A DNA stretch of 32,807 nucleotides, taken from positions 1-32,807 of the forward strand of contig JBBKWS010000042.1 in the NCBI GenBank assembly GCA_037969075.1, written 5' to 3'. A program made the position numbers and the translations under genes. This document shows positions 18,701 to 26,287 of the stretch, in pieces; position 1 is the stretch's first letter; each line of letters opens with the position of its first letter. The DNA is from Bdellovibrionales bacterium. GTDB taxonomy: Bacteria > Bdellovibrionota > Bdellovibrionia > Bdellovibrionales > UBA840. The notes below the pieces were generated by a model. The model made no database searches, had not been told where the DNA came from, and saw only the letters and a program-made list of their open reading frames with translations.

Positions 18701-18774
18701 TTATCTGCCGCGAGGCAAGTAAGCGAGAAATTGCTAACAGCAAAGAAGGTGATAAGTATATACAGATGTTTCAT
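15694..18774 (-). CDS. large membrane protein: signal peptide, periplasmic coiled coil, ~6 TM, C-terminal P-loop NTPase (STAND/AAA+-like) and winged helix
   Basis: Signal peptide from ATG 18774 (the ORF track starts at 18804). Walker A GNRGMGKTT (16576-16602), Walker B FFVDD (16381-16395), SRGNP motif, HTH-like C-terminus. 8-nt overlap with the first MscS gene. Confidence 0.82.
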   Translation of the reverse strand: MKHLYILITFFAVSNFSLTCLAADKKTKVIEAIVCENALSELTERKGTLEKMGLSLDTLMGKGSDYRVPTQVLFQVDLSKPDEIKKRIKELSLRIFADAEELSAEFKSYDNCNDKEVIAVIESVKSMQANINLKKVDFLKIENDKRDNLISNYQTTRNKIDDKYGLKNQLSNSQQALEEAQAGLQDAEKQSAELNNSVEESILTAKSAVDKTMIDLETEHLAFIKKLKDKDDSLELLRAKLSAVYENNVNLSANKISYNYSEVSGIWEQTVDYLLEVFSDIELQSDVELPSVLILEIESEKYKDNYEEYLVKYKKAENRKMALIEARTKLLDDMKVTNFKLLQDAGTLRAQLLSKCDAVHCDRPRGLNEKNVGILLREIRVVPLRFVAGGLSKWIEIKSKFVSGLDGWLDLVRQIFILFILIMIPFFLTKILRWTSDKLDKIKKDLISKSMLDYRRRTTFAVWIARLNPFVPSVGMIISIGFARSLIQDTDLKELAMFLYYFQVYYIYRTVKLLLTICLEVAFSTDSVDTLKQQKVRIKKSATRISRLVFIEFILLHITEDTVRRALAYQMFSNLIFWVNVAFTFIETAKWKDEISSSFSYRFPNLWNRLQPAFKSKISNFILPILFLLTVSSDVLKFISSHLVRIDLVKRLLSEVLRKRLERAEKESITYGPPPQDYLSSFDYYLSANKDIYIHRDNSTEERAINAISDWVNKKSTDDLLIIVGNRGMGKTTALDHISVSVSKDCVTKSKRVPSKVVTADALFAWLSELLEEKISSIDEFKQFDRNLGKPVVFFVDDIQNLFLGMIGGFEAYKLFLEVITLKTANVYWCLSVNSRSWAYLKGVLGAEHFYGKVMYLAQWKDFEIQKMILARHQQTKFSRTFDDSIKAYGAGDSFGQQAEGQFFRLLWGQSRGNPRSALMYWISAISSPADGQVHVGVPLFIGSSLVASMSDDALFLLSAIARHDSLTQQELKQITNVGDTTIRKCLKEAQDKNLVWLDENDRVRISSRAQYVIDYFLIGKNFLYE

Positions 18775-18886
18775 CGTAAAAGAATAGCACAGTAGACCAT
18801 TCATTCAATCTATGACGTATTGCCAATAGCCATAACGCATATCAGCGCAAGCCACCAAACTTAATGTTAAAAAATCTCTATCCATA

Positions 18887-19798
18887 TCATCTCAATGATT
18901 CATCTAGAGAAAACCGATAACTATCAAACTGCAATTCACTACTTTCTAATTCAATAGATTCATAGTCTGCGGACAGGCGACGGGGACTGCCATAAAGACA
19001 ATCTCCTACTATGGGAAACCCAAGTTGACTTAGTTGCGCACGTATTTGGTGGGTTCTGCCTGTTACTAGGCGGATTTTTAACTTACAAGTTTCATTATTA
19101 AATTCACTGCAGTCTATAATTTCTAGAATGCATTCTTGCCAATCAGGTTTTGCTTCAACAGAAACTACTTTAGGAGCTCTTGGGCTAGGCTCCATATAAT
19201 GAATCACTCTACCTATATTTGGCTTATGGCCAGCATGAACTATGACCGTATAAACCTTTCTAACTTTATCATCCACCAAACTTTTGTTGAATTTTTGCTG
19301 AAAGCCCTTATTTTTTGCAACCACCAGAAAACCTCGCGTAGCGACATCTAGCCTGTGAGTAATAAATAATGGAATCTGTAATTTACCTTCTAAATAACAT
19401 AGTATATTTTCTGTGTAATTATCTACTGTTGCATGAACGCCAATACCCGATGGTTTGTTTATAATTAAGAAATCCTCATTTTGAAAAAAAATAATATCGG
19501 ACTCGCTTAATAGGGATAATTTATACCGACGAGGCTTAGTGTGCACACGTATATGATCTCTAGGTTTTAAGTACACATGATTTAACACACGTTTTTGGTT
19601 CACATAAATTGAGCCTAAGGAAAGTAACTCTTCTACCCATGTAGTCTGAATATTCAATACAGCGGCAACCTGCGAAACCAGCTCACCATCAGCCGCAGCT
19701 AGATAATGTATTACCCCGTACTCATGCCCACTTTTAGTAACCTTAACAGTTTCTGACATAAGGTGGATGTGTAGCACAGAGGGGCATAAAAATGCCAC
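18887..19798 (-). CDS. RluA-family RNA pseudouridine synthase with S4-like N-terminal region
   Basis: NKPSG, THRLD, LVTGRTHQIRAQ, PIVGD.LYG. The true start may be ATG 19759. Confidence 0.92.
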   Translation of the reverse strand: MAFLCPSVLHIHLMSETVKVTKSGHEYGVIHYLAAADGELVSQVAAVLNIQTTWVEELLSLGSIYVNQKRVLNHVYLKPRDHIRVHTKPRRYKLSLLSESDIIFFQNEDFLIINKPSGIGVHATVDNYTENILCYLEGKLQIPLFITHRLDVATRGFLVVAKNKGFQQKFNKSLVDDKVRKVYTVIVHAGHKPNIGRVIHYMEPSPRAPKVVSVEAKPDWQECILEIIDCSEFNNETCKLKIRLVTGRTHQIRAQLSQLGFPIVGDCLYGSPRRLSADYESIELESSELQFDSYRFSLDESLR

Positions 19799-19804
19799 AA
19801 TATT

Positions 19805-20542
19805 TTATTCATGAAGCCTTAACTCGCTAACAAGCGGCAGGTGATCTGATAAAAATCTGAATTTTTTATCAAATACCCTAATAGCTTTTATGGGATCTAT
19901 GCTTTTATAATATATTCGGTCTAAAGACAAGACCGGCAAAATACTAGGTGAAGTTGGCACAAGCATTCCTTTTAAATGTTCAAATACTTCCATTAGATCC
20001 ATTTCAGATTTAATTTTTGTATGAATTTCCTTATTCCAGTCATTAAAATCTCCCAGCAAAAGTAAGCTTTCTTTCTTTTTAGAAATCTTTGATACAATGG
20101 GCTGTATAGATTGAAATTGCTTATATCTACCTTTAGCCGTTAGATCTAGGTGCGTACAGAACAGGTGCAATGGTTTTTTTTTACCTTCTATTAAAACTTT
20201 TCCGTAAAGCAATCCTCTAGACTCTATTAAATTGGTTGATATATTAGAATTCACCACTTCAGTGATTGCGAATTTTGAAAGTATTATGTTTCCCTGCGCA
20301 TTTCCACAAATAGATATAGCATTAGTACCAATGGCTACATGTGACCATCCCTCATCACTTAGCTTTTTTAAAAGAACTATGGCTTCTTTATTCTTAACAA
20401 ACTCTTGCAGACAAATAATATCTGGATTTACCTCATGTATTAACTCATCAATACTTTCCCATATTTTTCTTCTTGTAAAAAACGCCTTACCCTTATGAAT
20501 ATTATAGCTTAAAATTTTAATTATCATAAGTGCCCTGTTCAT
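19805..20542 (-). CDS. endonuclease/exonuclease/phosphatase (EEP) family protein, YbhP-like
   Basis: SYNIHKG, DIICLQE, GNIILSK, THLDL, GDFNDW, LDRIY, SDHLP. Confidence 0.92.
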   Translation of the reverse strand: MNRALMIIKILSYNIHKGKAFFTRRKIWESIDELIHEVNPDIICLQEFVKNKEAIVLLKKLSDEGWSHVAIGTNAISICGNAQGNIILSKFAITEVVNSNISTNLIESRGLLYGKVLIEGKKKPLHLFCTHLDLTAKGRYKQFQSIQPIVSKISKKKESLLLLGDFNDWNKEIHTKIKSEMDLMEVFEHLKGMLVPTSPSILPVLSLDRIYYKSIDPIKAIRVFDKKFRFLSDHLPLVSELRLHE

Positions 20543-20572
20543 CCAGAAATTATATCCGACCTATAATCTTAC

Positions 20573-21034
20573 TCAAAGAGTTTGCGTTTTATTAGATTTG
20601 TTACCTACTGCATTCAATAGCATAACGCTTTCTTTTTTAATTTCATTTACAAGTGGGCTAAAAATGGACTGATAACTTTTTGCACTTGATTGTAGCTGCA
20701 AAATTTCCTTTTGCTTCTTATTAATAAATAAAATTATTGGAATCGCAGCCATAAAGCTTATCAAGAATAAAAATATAGATGATAAGTTCCATGTGTTAAA
20801 GAATAGAGCATCTGTAGTAGAATTGTAAAATGTGGTTGTACCTAACACAGCACAAAATATAGCTAAACTAAAAATAACGGAAAATATAAATATACCCGCA
20901 ATTAAATAAGGAAGATTTTTAGCTTCGTCAGATAGCTTATTGATTAATATTTTTTTAATTGTATTTTCTTTTTTATACGTCAAAAATGAACGAACTAGGG
21001 ACTCAAACAGTGCAAATAGTCTATTAAAAACCAT
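20573..21034 (-). CDS. 2-TM membrane protein, possibly YqjE / phage-holin-superfamily-like
   Basis: Two long hydrophobic helices, GGAGG RBS, and position directly after a DUF883 gene as in yqjD-yqjE. The family call rests on context only. Confidence 0.55.
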   Translation of the reverse strand: MVFNRLFALFESLVRSFLTYKKENTIKKILINKLSDEAKNLPYLIAGIFIFSVIFSLAIFCAVLGTTTFYNSTTDALFFNTWNLSSIFLFLISFMAAIPIILFINKKQKEILQLQSSAKSYQSIFSPLVNEIKKESVMLLNAVGNKSNKTQTL

Positions 21035-21045
21035 ATTTCCCCTCC

Positions 21046-21077
21046 AAAAAAACTTGCCCCAGTTACTTAGAGCAAGT
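21046..21077 (-). terminator. intra-operon terminator-like hairpin after the DUF883 gene
   Basis: The minus-strand stem ACTTGCTCT / GGGGCAAGT with G.U pairs runs into a U7 tract, immediately before the next gene's GGAGG. Confidence 0.6.
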
Positions 21078-21099
21078 CCATTAAAATAACTAATAATAA

Positions 21100-21348
21100 T
21101 TAGTGTTTATTTCTATTAATAAAAATGCCGGCGATAAATCCAACTGCCGCAGCACCTAGTGCTGTATAGACTGGATACTTCTTTACCACATCTACAGTTT
21201 GCTCAACAGCGTTGCTTGAAGCTGCTTGCACCCTATCTTTAAGTTCAATGGCTGAGTCAGTAAAGTCTTTAAAAGCATCGGACGCTTCAGATTTTATAGC
21301 TTTCGCAGCTCCGTTCATTTTTTCTGTAGCCTTTTGTTGTTCTTGCAT
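21100..21348 (-). CDS. DUF883 / ElaB-YqjD family tail-anchored protein
   Basis: Helical Ala/Lys/Glu-rich body and C-terminal VKKYPVYTALGAAAVGFIAGIFINR. AAGGAG RBS favours ATG 21348. Confidence 0.88.
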   Translation of the reverse strand: MQEQQKATEKMNGAAKAIKSEASDAFKDFTDSAIELKDRVQAASSNAVEQTVDVVKKYPVYTALGAAAVGFIAGIFINRNKH

Positions 21349-21490
21349 ACGTTTCTCCTTGTTAGTTGTTTGTTGCAATCGCTTATCTTGAAACCAGTAT
21401 AGACAGTGTACTTAGCTTTATCCTTAAGAAAGCGTCGTAAAATTGTGTAGATTACTTAACAAAAAGCATGCGGATTACAAATTCACTAAA

Positions 21491-21508
21491 TGTTAAGAAC
21501 TCTTAACA
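21491..21508. promoter_or_regulatory. perfect inverted repeat, candidate operator in the divergent promoter region
   Basis: TGTTAAGA-AC-TCTTAACA. Confidence 0.55.
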
Positions 21509-21585
21509 ATATTCATGCAACATCTTGAGGATTATTTTTATATTCGCAGTACTATATTAGATAACAACTAAACAAGGAGAGACAA

Positions 21586-21786
21586 ATGTCTACACAAGAG
21601 AGAAGCGCACAAAGATCAAATCACAATAAACCAGAAACAAGCAGAACAAGTTCTAGAAAAAATACAAATGAAGATGAGCGCATTGACCCGAGTTACAAGA
21701 GGGCTAAGGAGAACAAAACTCCTACCGACTCAAAGACAGCCCGACCTACGCCAAACACGCATAATGCTACAACAGTTAATAGATAG
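21586..21786 (+). CDS. small hydrophilic, likely disordered protein (66 aa)
   Basis: AAGGAG RBS. Rich in R/K/T/S/N with almost no hydrophobic residues. Lies 11 nt upstream of dps. Confidence 0.7.
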   Translation: MSTQERSAQRSNHNKPETSRTSSRKNTNEDERIDPSYKRAKENKTPTDSKTARPTPNTHNATTVNR

Positions 21787-21797
21787 GAGTTAATAAA

Positions 21798-22334
21798 ATG
21801 AAAAATGGTAGTCTAAATATAAATAAAGCAAAAAAAATGAACCCTGTTGGTGAGGTAACTGCTAAGTGTAATAAGCAGATTGTAGATTCTCTGAATGTAA
21901 TCTTAGCGGATGAGTTTGCGTTATTTACAAAAACCCTTAACTTTCATTGGAATGTAACGGGACCAAGGTTTCACAGTTTACATACATTTTTGGACGAGCA
22001 GTATAGAGATCTGTTAACCATTATGGACGATGTTGCTGAAAGAGTTAGAGTTTTAGGCAGTAGACCGTTAGGGTCAGCAAAAGAAATGCTATCGAACATG
22101 GGTGTAAAAGAATCAACTAGCACATCCCCGACTCCTGCGACAGAGATGCTATCCATTCTTTTGAGAGATCATCTACAGGTACAAGCGCAGATTAAAACTG
22201 CGGTCTCAGATAAGGATGCTTTTGACAAAGATCCTGGCACTGAAGATTTTTTAATCGGCATCTTGCAAAAACATGAAAAAATGAGTTGGATGCTAAAATC
22301 TCATTTAGACGTGATTAAAGACGCACGTCACTAA
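21798..22334 (+). CDS. dps: Dps-family DNA protection during starvation protein
   Basis: NFHWNVTGPRFHSLH.FLDEQY, DDVAER, HEK.SWML. Lys-containing N-terminal tail and AGGAG RBS. Confidence 0.94.
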   Translation: MKNGSLNINKAKKMNPVGEVTAKCNKQIVDSLNVILADEFALFTKTLNFHWNVTGPRFHSLHTFLDEQYRDLLTIMDDVAERVRVLGSRPLGSAKEMLSNMGVKESTSTSPTPATEMLSILLRDHLQVQAQIKTAVSDKDAFDKDPGTEDFLIGILQKHEKMSWMLKSHLDVIKDARH

Positions 22335-22353
22335 GTACGGACTGCGCTACATT

Positions 22354-22387
22354 AAAAACCAGGTGGATTTTCCATCTGGTTTTTTTT
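22354..22387 (+). terminator. Rho-independent terminator after dps
   Basis: A5-CCAGGTGGA-TTT-TCCATCTGG-T8. Confidence 0.9.
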
Positions 22388-22424
22388 ATATACTAGGCAT
22401 AGCTATTAATAGTAGTATCTTTTT

Positions 22425-22721
22425 ATGCGTGAAGATGAAATACCCTTTGAGGGATTAGAAGAGCTTGTTGATAAATTTTTATTAGATAGAAAAAAAGAAT
22501 ATGTCATTTTAACAGAGGCCCTTAATAATAAGGAATTCAATACAATCAAAGACTATATGCACAAATGGAAAGGCTTCTGTAGACCTTATGGCTTTGGACC
22601 TTTGGTAGAACTAAGCGTGGATTTAGAGACATATGCTATAGAAAAATCATATCCAAATTGCGAAAAGAAGTTAGCTGAAATTAAAAAGTACTTAGATAGT
22701 CGTAGCTTAAAATCCACCTAA
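22425..22721 (+). CDS. stand-alone Hpt (histidine phosphotransfer) protein
   Basis: All-helical 98 aa with MHKWKG...YGF..L.ELS..LE, matching HxxKG...G. Confidence 0.8.
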   Translation: MREDEIPFEGLEELVDKFLLDRKKEYVILTEALNNKEFNTIKDYMHKWKGFCRPYGFGPLVELSVDLETYAIEKSYPNCEKKLAEIKKYLDSRSLKST

Positions 22722-23218
22722 GATTTGTAATCGCTAATGAGTGCTCCCTCTATTTTGAGTAACATGTCTTTAGCACCCAAACCGCCAGCATAGCCTCTTA
22801 ATTTACCATCTTTACCAATCACCCTATGACAAGGGATAATGATCGAAATAGGATTTTTACTATTCGCAGTACCTACCGCTCGCATTGCCTTAGGCTTCTT
22901 AATACTAATGGCTTGCTCTTGATAACTCCTTACTTCCCCATAAGGAATGTGAGTAAGTGCATTCCACACATCTTTTTGAAAATCCGTTCCCATAGGGCTT
23001 AGTGGAATATCAAAAGATTCTCTCTCACCTTTTATGTATTCAGACAACTGCCTAATAGTCAGAGTGTGTAGTTCAGTCAGTTTAGTCGTTATATTGGATT
23101 CATATTTTTTTAAAAAAATATCCCAGTTATCATCAAAAGCTACAACTTTTAATCCATCTTCATCTACGATAATATGTAAATTTCCAATGGGCGATTTCCA
23201 TAAATGATAGTAATTCAT
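22718..23218 (-). CDS. ogt: methylated-DNA--protein-cysteine S-methyltransferase
   Basis: SPIG, GTDFQ..VW..L..IPYG, RAVG.AN..NP, PCHRV. Likely start ATG 23218. Confidence 0.95.
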   Translation of the reverse strand: MNYYHLWKSPIGNLHIIVDEDGLKVVAFDDNWDIFLKKYESNITTKLTELHTLTIRQLSEYIKGERESFDIPLSPMGTDFQKDVWNALTHIPYGEVRSYQEQAISIKKPKAMRAVGTANSKNPISIIIPCHRVIGKDGKLRGYAGGLGAKDMLLKIEGALISDYKS

Positions 23219-23354
23219 AAATCCTTTTGCCTTAAACTTAATCTGAAGGCTACAAATAATAAAAGCATTGGGTGCTGTCAAATAGATACATTATCTTAAG
23301 ATAAATTACTGGCTATAAACGGACATTAGCACTTATAAGAAAATACGATTAAAA

Positions 23355-23382
23355 TTGACACCCATGCGCCCTACCATAAACT
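23355..23382 (+). promoter_or_regulatory. putative sigma-70 promoter
   Basis: TTGACA-N16-TAAACT upstream of the AAGGAG RBS and ATG 23405. Confidence 0.5.
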
Positions 23383-23404
23383 ATAAATCAAATAAGGAGC
23401 CATC

Positions 23405-23908
23405 ATGAAACTGTTTATCTTAATTCTATTTATTTCATCAACTACATTTGCCGCAGGTTTTAATGTCACCCCAGGACTTTGGGAAGTTAAAAGTACCGTA
23501 GAGGTAGATGGCAAAAAGTATGACCCTCAAGCAGAGATAAAAAAAGCTCTTGCCAATGTACCTGAATCGCAGAAAAAACAGATGATGGAAATGATGAAGG
23601 GGATGAGCAAAGAAAATAGCATGCTTGCTAGCCTTGATATGTCAAAAGTTTGTATTACTGATCAAATGCTTAAAGACGGACAACTACTAAAAAAAGATAA
23701 AGACGATGAGTGTGATTTTACATTAAAAAATAACACCGCGACAAGACTGCAAGGTACATTTAATTGTAAAGATGGAACCAAGGGTGATGTGGATTGGACA
23801 GTCGTTAATAAAACGCAATATAAAGGTACTATCAATGCGACTGATTCTAAGGGTAAAAAAGCCAAGGTAAATTACCAATCTAAATTTATTAAGTCGAAGT
23901 GCAGTTAA
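23405..23908 (+). CDS. DUF3617-family secreted protein
   Basis: Signal peptide, PGLWEV, Met-rich linker, VCIT, four Cys with the last at the C-terminus. Confidence 0.82.
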   Translation: MKLFILILFISSTTFAAGFNVTPGLWEVKSTVEVDGKKYDPQAEIKKALANVPESQKKQMMEMMKGMSKENSMLASLDMSKVCITDQMLKDGQLLKKDKDDECDFTLKNNTATRLQGTFNCKDGTKGDVDWTVVNKTQYKGTINATDSKGKKAKVNYQSKFIKSKCS

Positions 23909-23916
23909 TACTTTTA

Positions 23917-24630
23917 CTAAAGTAGCGCTGCAGCCTCAGCATCCAGAAAGCAATGTAAGTCTGGGTGCTTTTGCAAATGCGTACAGGGCCACGCCCCATC
24001 TTGCTTTCCAGCGACAAGCTCTTTAACAGCCAAACTTTTGCTTTCTCCTAGAGCTAACAATACAATTGTTTTTGAAGATAGTATCGTTTTGATTCCCATG
24101 GTAAATGCATGCTTCGGCACGCTGCCTTGAAACCTATATTGATTTGCTTGGATGCTCGCTGCAGTCAATGCTACTTCTCGAGTAATGCTGTCGATCAACG
24201 AACCTGGCTCATTGAATGCTATATGGCCATTGGTGCCAAGACCAAGCACCTGAAGATCAATCCCCCCCACTTGTTTAATAAGGAATTCATACTTATTACA
24301 ATGATCCTCTACATCAGCTGCAACCAAGTTATGTATTGAACTTTTTTTAATATCAATATGTTTTAAAAAAGTATCATACATGTAGAACGCAAAGCTAGAA
24401 GGACTAGTTGCATCCAATCCTTTAAATTCATCCAAATTAAATGTTTTTATGGAGGAAAAACTTATTTGTTTTTTTTGATATAGCTGTATCAAATTTTCAT
24501 AGAGCTTTGTAGGAGTGTTGCCGGCAGCTAAGCCTAAATTAATCTTAGGATTAGAAAATATTTTTTTAGCTATAAAACTAGCTGCCTCTAAATATAATAA
24601 TCTAGAATCAGAATAGGTATGAATATTCAT
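23917..24630 (-). CDS. nagB: glucosamine-6-phosphate deaminase
   Basis: LGLAAGNTP, TFNLDEF, GGIDLQVLGLGTNGHIAFNEPG, TMGIKTIL. Confidence 0.94.
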   Translation of the reverse strand: MNIHTYSDSRLLYLEAASFIAKKIFSNPKINLGLAAGNTPTKLYENLIQLYQKKQISFSSIKTFNLDEFKGLDATSPSSFAFYMYDTFLKHIDIKKSSIHNLVAADVEDHCNKYEFLIKQVGGIDLQVLGLGTNGHIAFNEPGSLIDSITREVALTAASIQANQYRFQGSVPKHAFTMGIKTILSSKTIVLLALGESKSLAVKELVAGKQDGAWPCTHLQKHPDLHCFLDAEAAALL

Positions 24631-25475
24631 GGTGAGAACTTTTTAAGTCTACTAACAGTATCATCAGTAAATTTTTCTAAATGCGATTGAACAAGGTCTA
24701 ACTCTGATATGTTTTTATTCTTTAGTAGCGGCATGTAATCCATGGCAAAAATAGCGGCTGTTACTTGATCGACTGATTTTGACTCTAAAAATGTAGCGTT
24801 AGAAATTCTTCTAGCAATGGCCGCCTTATCGTATCTCTTACCTCCACTGATTTGACTTTTATGGACGGCACAAAGAGCCTCAGCTAGTTTTTGCTCTTCC
24901 GAGACAGGTAATACAACCTTATCTTCATCCGCTAGCCAGTCAAGGCTGCGCCAGACCTCGCAACCATAAAAACCTTCGAGGTCTAAGTGCGATTTTAAGT
25001 CCTTCACTGCAGCAATAGTGTGTATAGCTATAGCCACATGGGTATCATGTTTATCTGCTAAGTTATGCGTGTAAATAAATTTTGGTTTTGCTTTGATTAA
25101 GATTTCTTTTATCTGTTCTTTTAATTTATCATTCACAGCACTTTTACATTCTGCACTTGAAAGACCTAGTTGTAACTGCAATGCATACTTGCCAATGTCA
25201 GCGGCCTTGTTTTGTTCTATTCGACGAATCTCTATCATTTCTTCATTCGTCGTATTTTTAAATTCGCCCATTCTTGGGCTATTGGCACCATCAGTCACAG
25301 TAACTCCGGCAAAGCCATTCTTTTTGGAGTTAAAGCATTGTAGAATTCCATGAAAACCAAAAATCTCTACATCATCCGCATGCGCACCAATAGCTAAATG
25401 AGTCACTCTCTCAAAAGCTGTGTCGATATTAGAACCATCTGGAATATAAATATTATTTATAGATGTAAGCTTCAT
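24627..25475 (-). CDS. PIG-L / LmbE-family Zn-dependent N-deacetylase
   Basis: AIGAHADDVE, TDG, RRIEQ..AA, THN..DKHDTH, HKSQ. Likely start ATG 25475. ATGA overlap with nagB. Confidence 0.9.
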   Translation of the reverse strand: MKLTSINNIYIPDGSNIDTAFERVTHLAIGAHADDVEIFGFHGILQCFNSKKNGFAGVTVTDGANSPRMGEFKNTTNEEMIEIRRIEQNKAADIGKYALQLQLGLSSAECKSAVNDKLKEQIKEILIKAKPKFIYTHNLADKHDTHVAIAIHTIAAVKDLKSHLDLEGFYGCEVWRSLDWLADEDKVVLPVSEEQKLAEALCAVHKSQISGGKRYDKAAIARRISNATFLESKSVDQVTAAIFAMDYMPLLKNKNISELDLVQSHLEKFTDDTVSRLKKFSP

Positions 25476-25528
25476 ACAATCAGCATGACAAGCTAACGAG
25501 TTTGGGGCAAGGCATTTGTAACAGACAA

Positions 25529-26287
25529 CTATTTTTTTATTTGCTTCCAATACTCAGATAAAATAACAGCTATGGCTGTACTAACATTTAAACTTTCAAC
25601 ATTATTAGTACCAGGAATCATGATTCGGTCGTCTTGAACCATAAATGCATCTTTACTAAGACCATCCCCTTCCTCGCCAAATAGCAACACTGCCTTATTA
25701 GGAAAGTTATATTGGTACAAAGAGGTCCCTTGATGACTGCTGGTAGTAATTATTTTGTAGCCATTTTTTTTAAGTAAACTCATAGAAGCTTTAATGTCAT
25801 CAATAGCCACATTTGTAATTACCTCAGCTCCACCTTCAGCTGTTCGCATAGCAGCCCCACTAGAAAGTGACCTAGCGTCTTTTGACGCCACTGCAGAAAC
25901 GCCAAAATGTGCTGCAATTCGCAGAATTGCCCCGATATTATGAGGGTTGGCTACATTTTCTAAAGCTATTATTACTGAAATCTTATTCTTTTTCTCATCT
26001 CGGATCCAATCTAATAGCGTTTTAGGTTTTGGCTGAGTAACAACAAAACAAACTCCCTCGTGATGCTTACTCTGCGAGAGTTTTTCAAGATCAATGTCTT
26101 CGACTACGCGGTATACTTTTTTTGCTTTTGATAAAAACTTTTGCAAATCTGCAAAATGTTTAGAATTTTGCTTTGTATAGAAGGCCTTGATGATCTCATG
26201 AGGTCTTTTTTTAGCAAATGCAATCGCTGCATTCAATCCATATAACTTAGCTTCTTTTGCGCTATTACTTTTTTTTGTTTTTTTCAT
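25529..26287 (-). CDS. TrmH/SpoU-family RNA methyltransferase (YfiF/RlmB-like)
   Basis: LYGLNA, HHEGV, NPHNIGAILR.AAHFG, FGEEGDGL, IPGT.NVESLNVS. Confidence 0.92.
   Translation of the reverse strand: MKKTKKSNSAKEAKLYGLNAAIAFAKKRPHEIIKAFYTKQNSKHFADLQKFLSKAKKVYRVVEDIDLEKLSQSKHHEGVCFVVTQPKPKTLLDWIRDEKKNKISVIIALENVANPHNIGAILRIAAHFGVSAVASKDARSLSSGAAMRTAEGGAEVITNVAIDDIKASMSLLKKNGYKIITTSSHQGTSLYQYNFPNKAVLLFGEEGDGLSKDAFMVQDDRIMIPGTNNVESLNVSTAIAVILSEYWKQIKK

Noticed and set aside
18775..18886. possible c-di-AMP (ydaO) riboswitch or sigma-54 promoter ahead of the channel operon
   Set aside because: No recognisable riboswitch consensus, and the TGGC motifs present lack a GC at the required spacing.
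20573..21034. holin-like protein as a prophage marker
   Set aside because: No phage genes nearby; the DUF883 context indicates a cellular YqjE-like protein.
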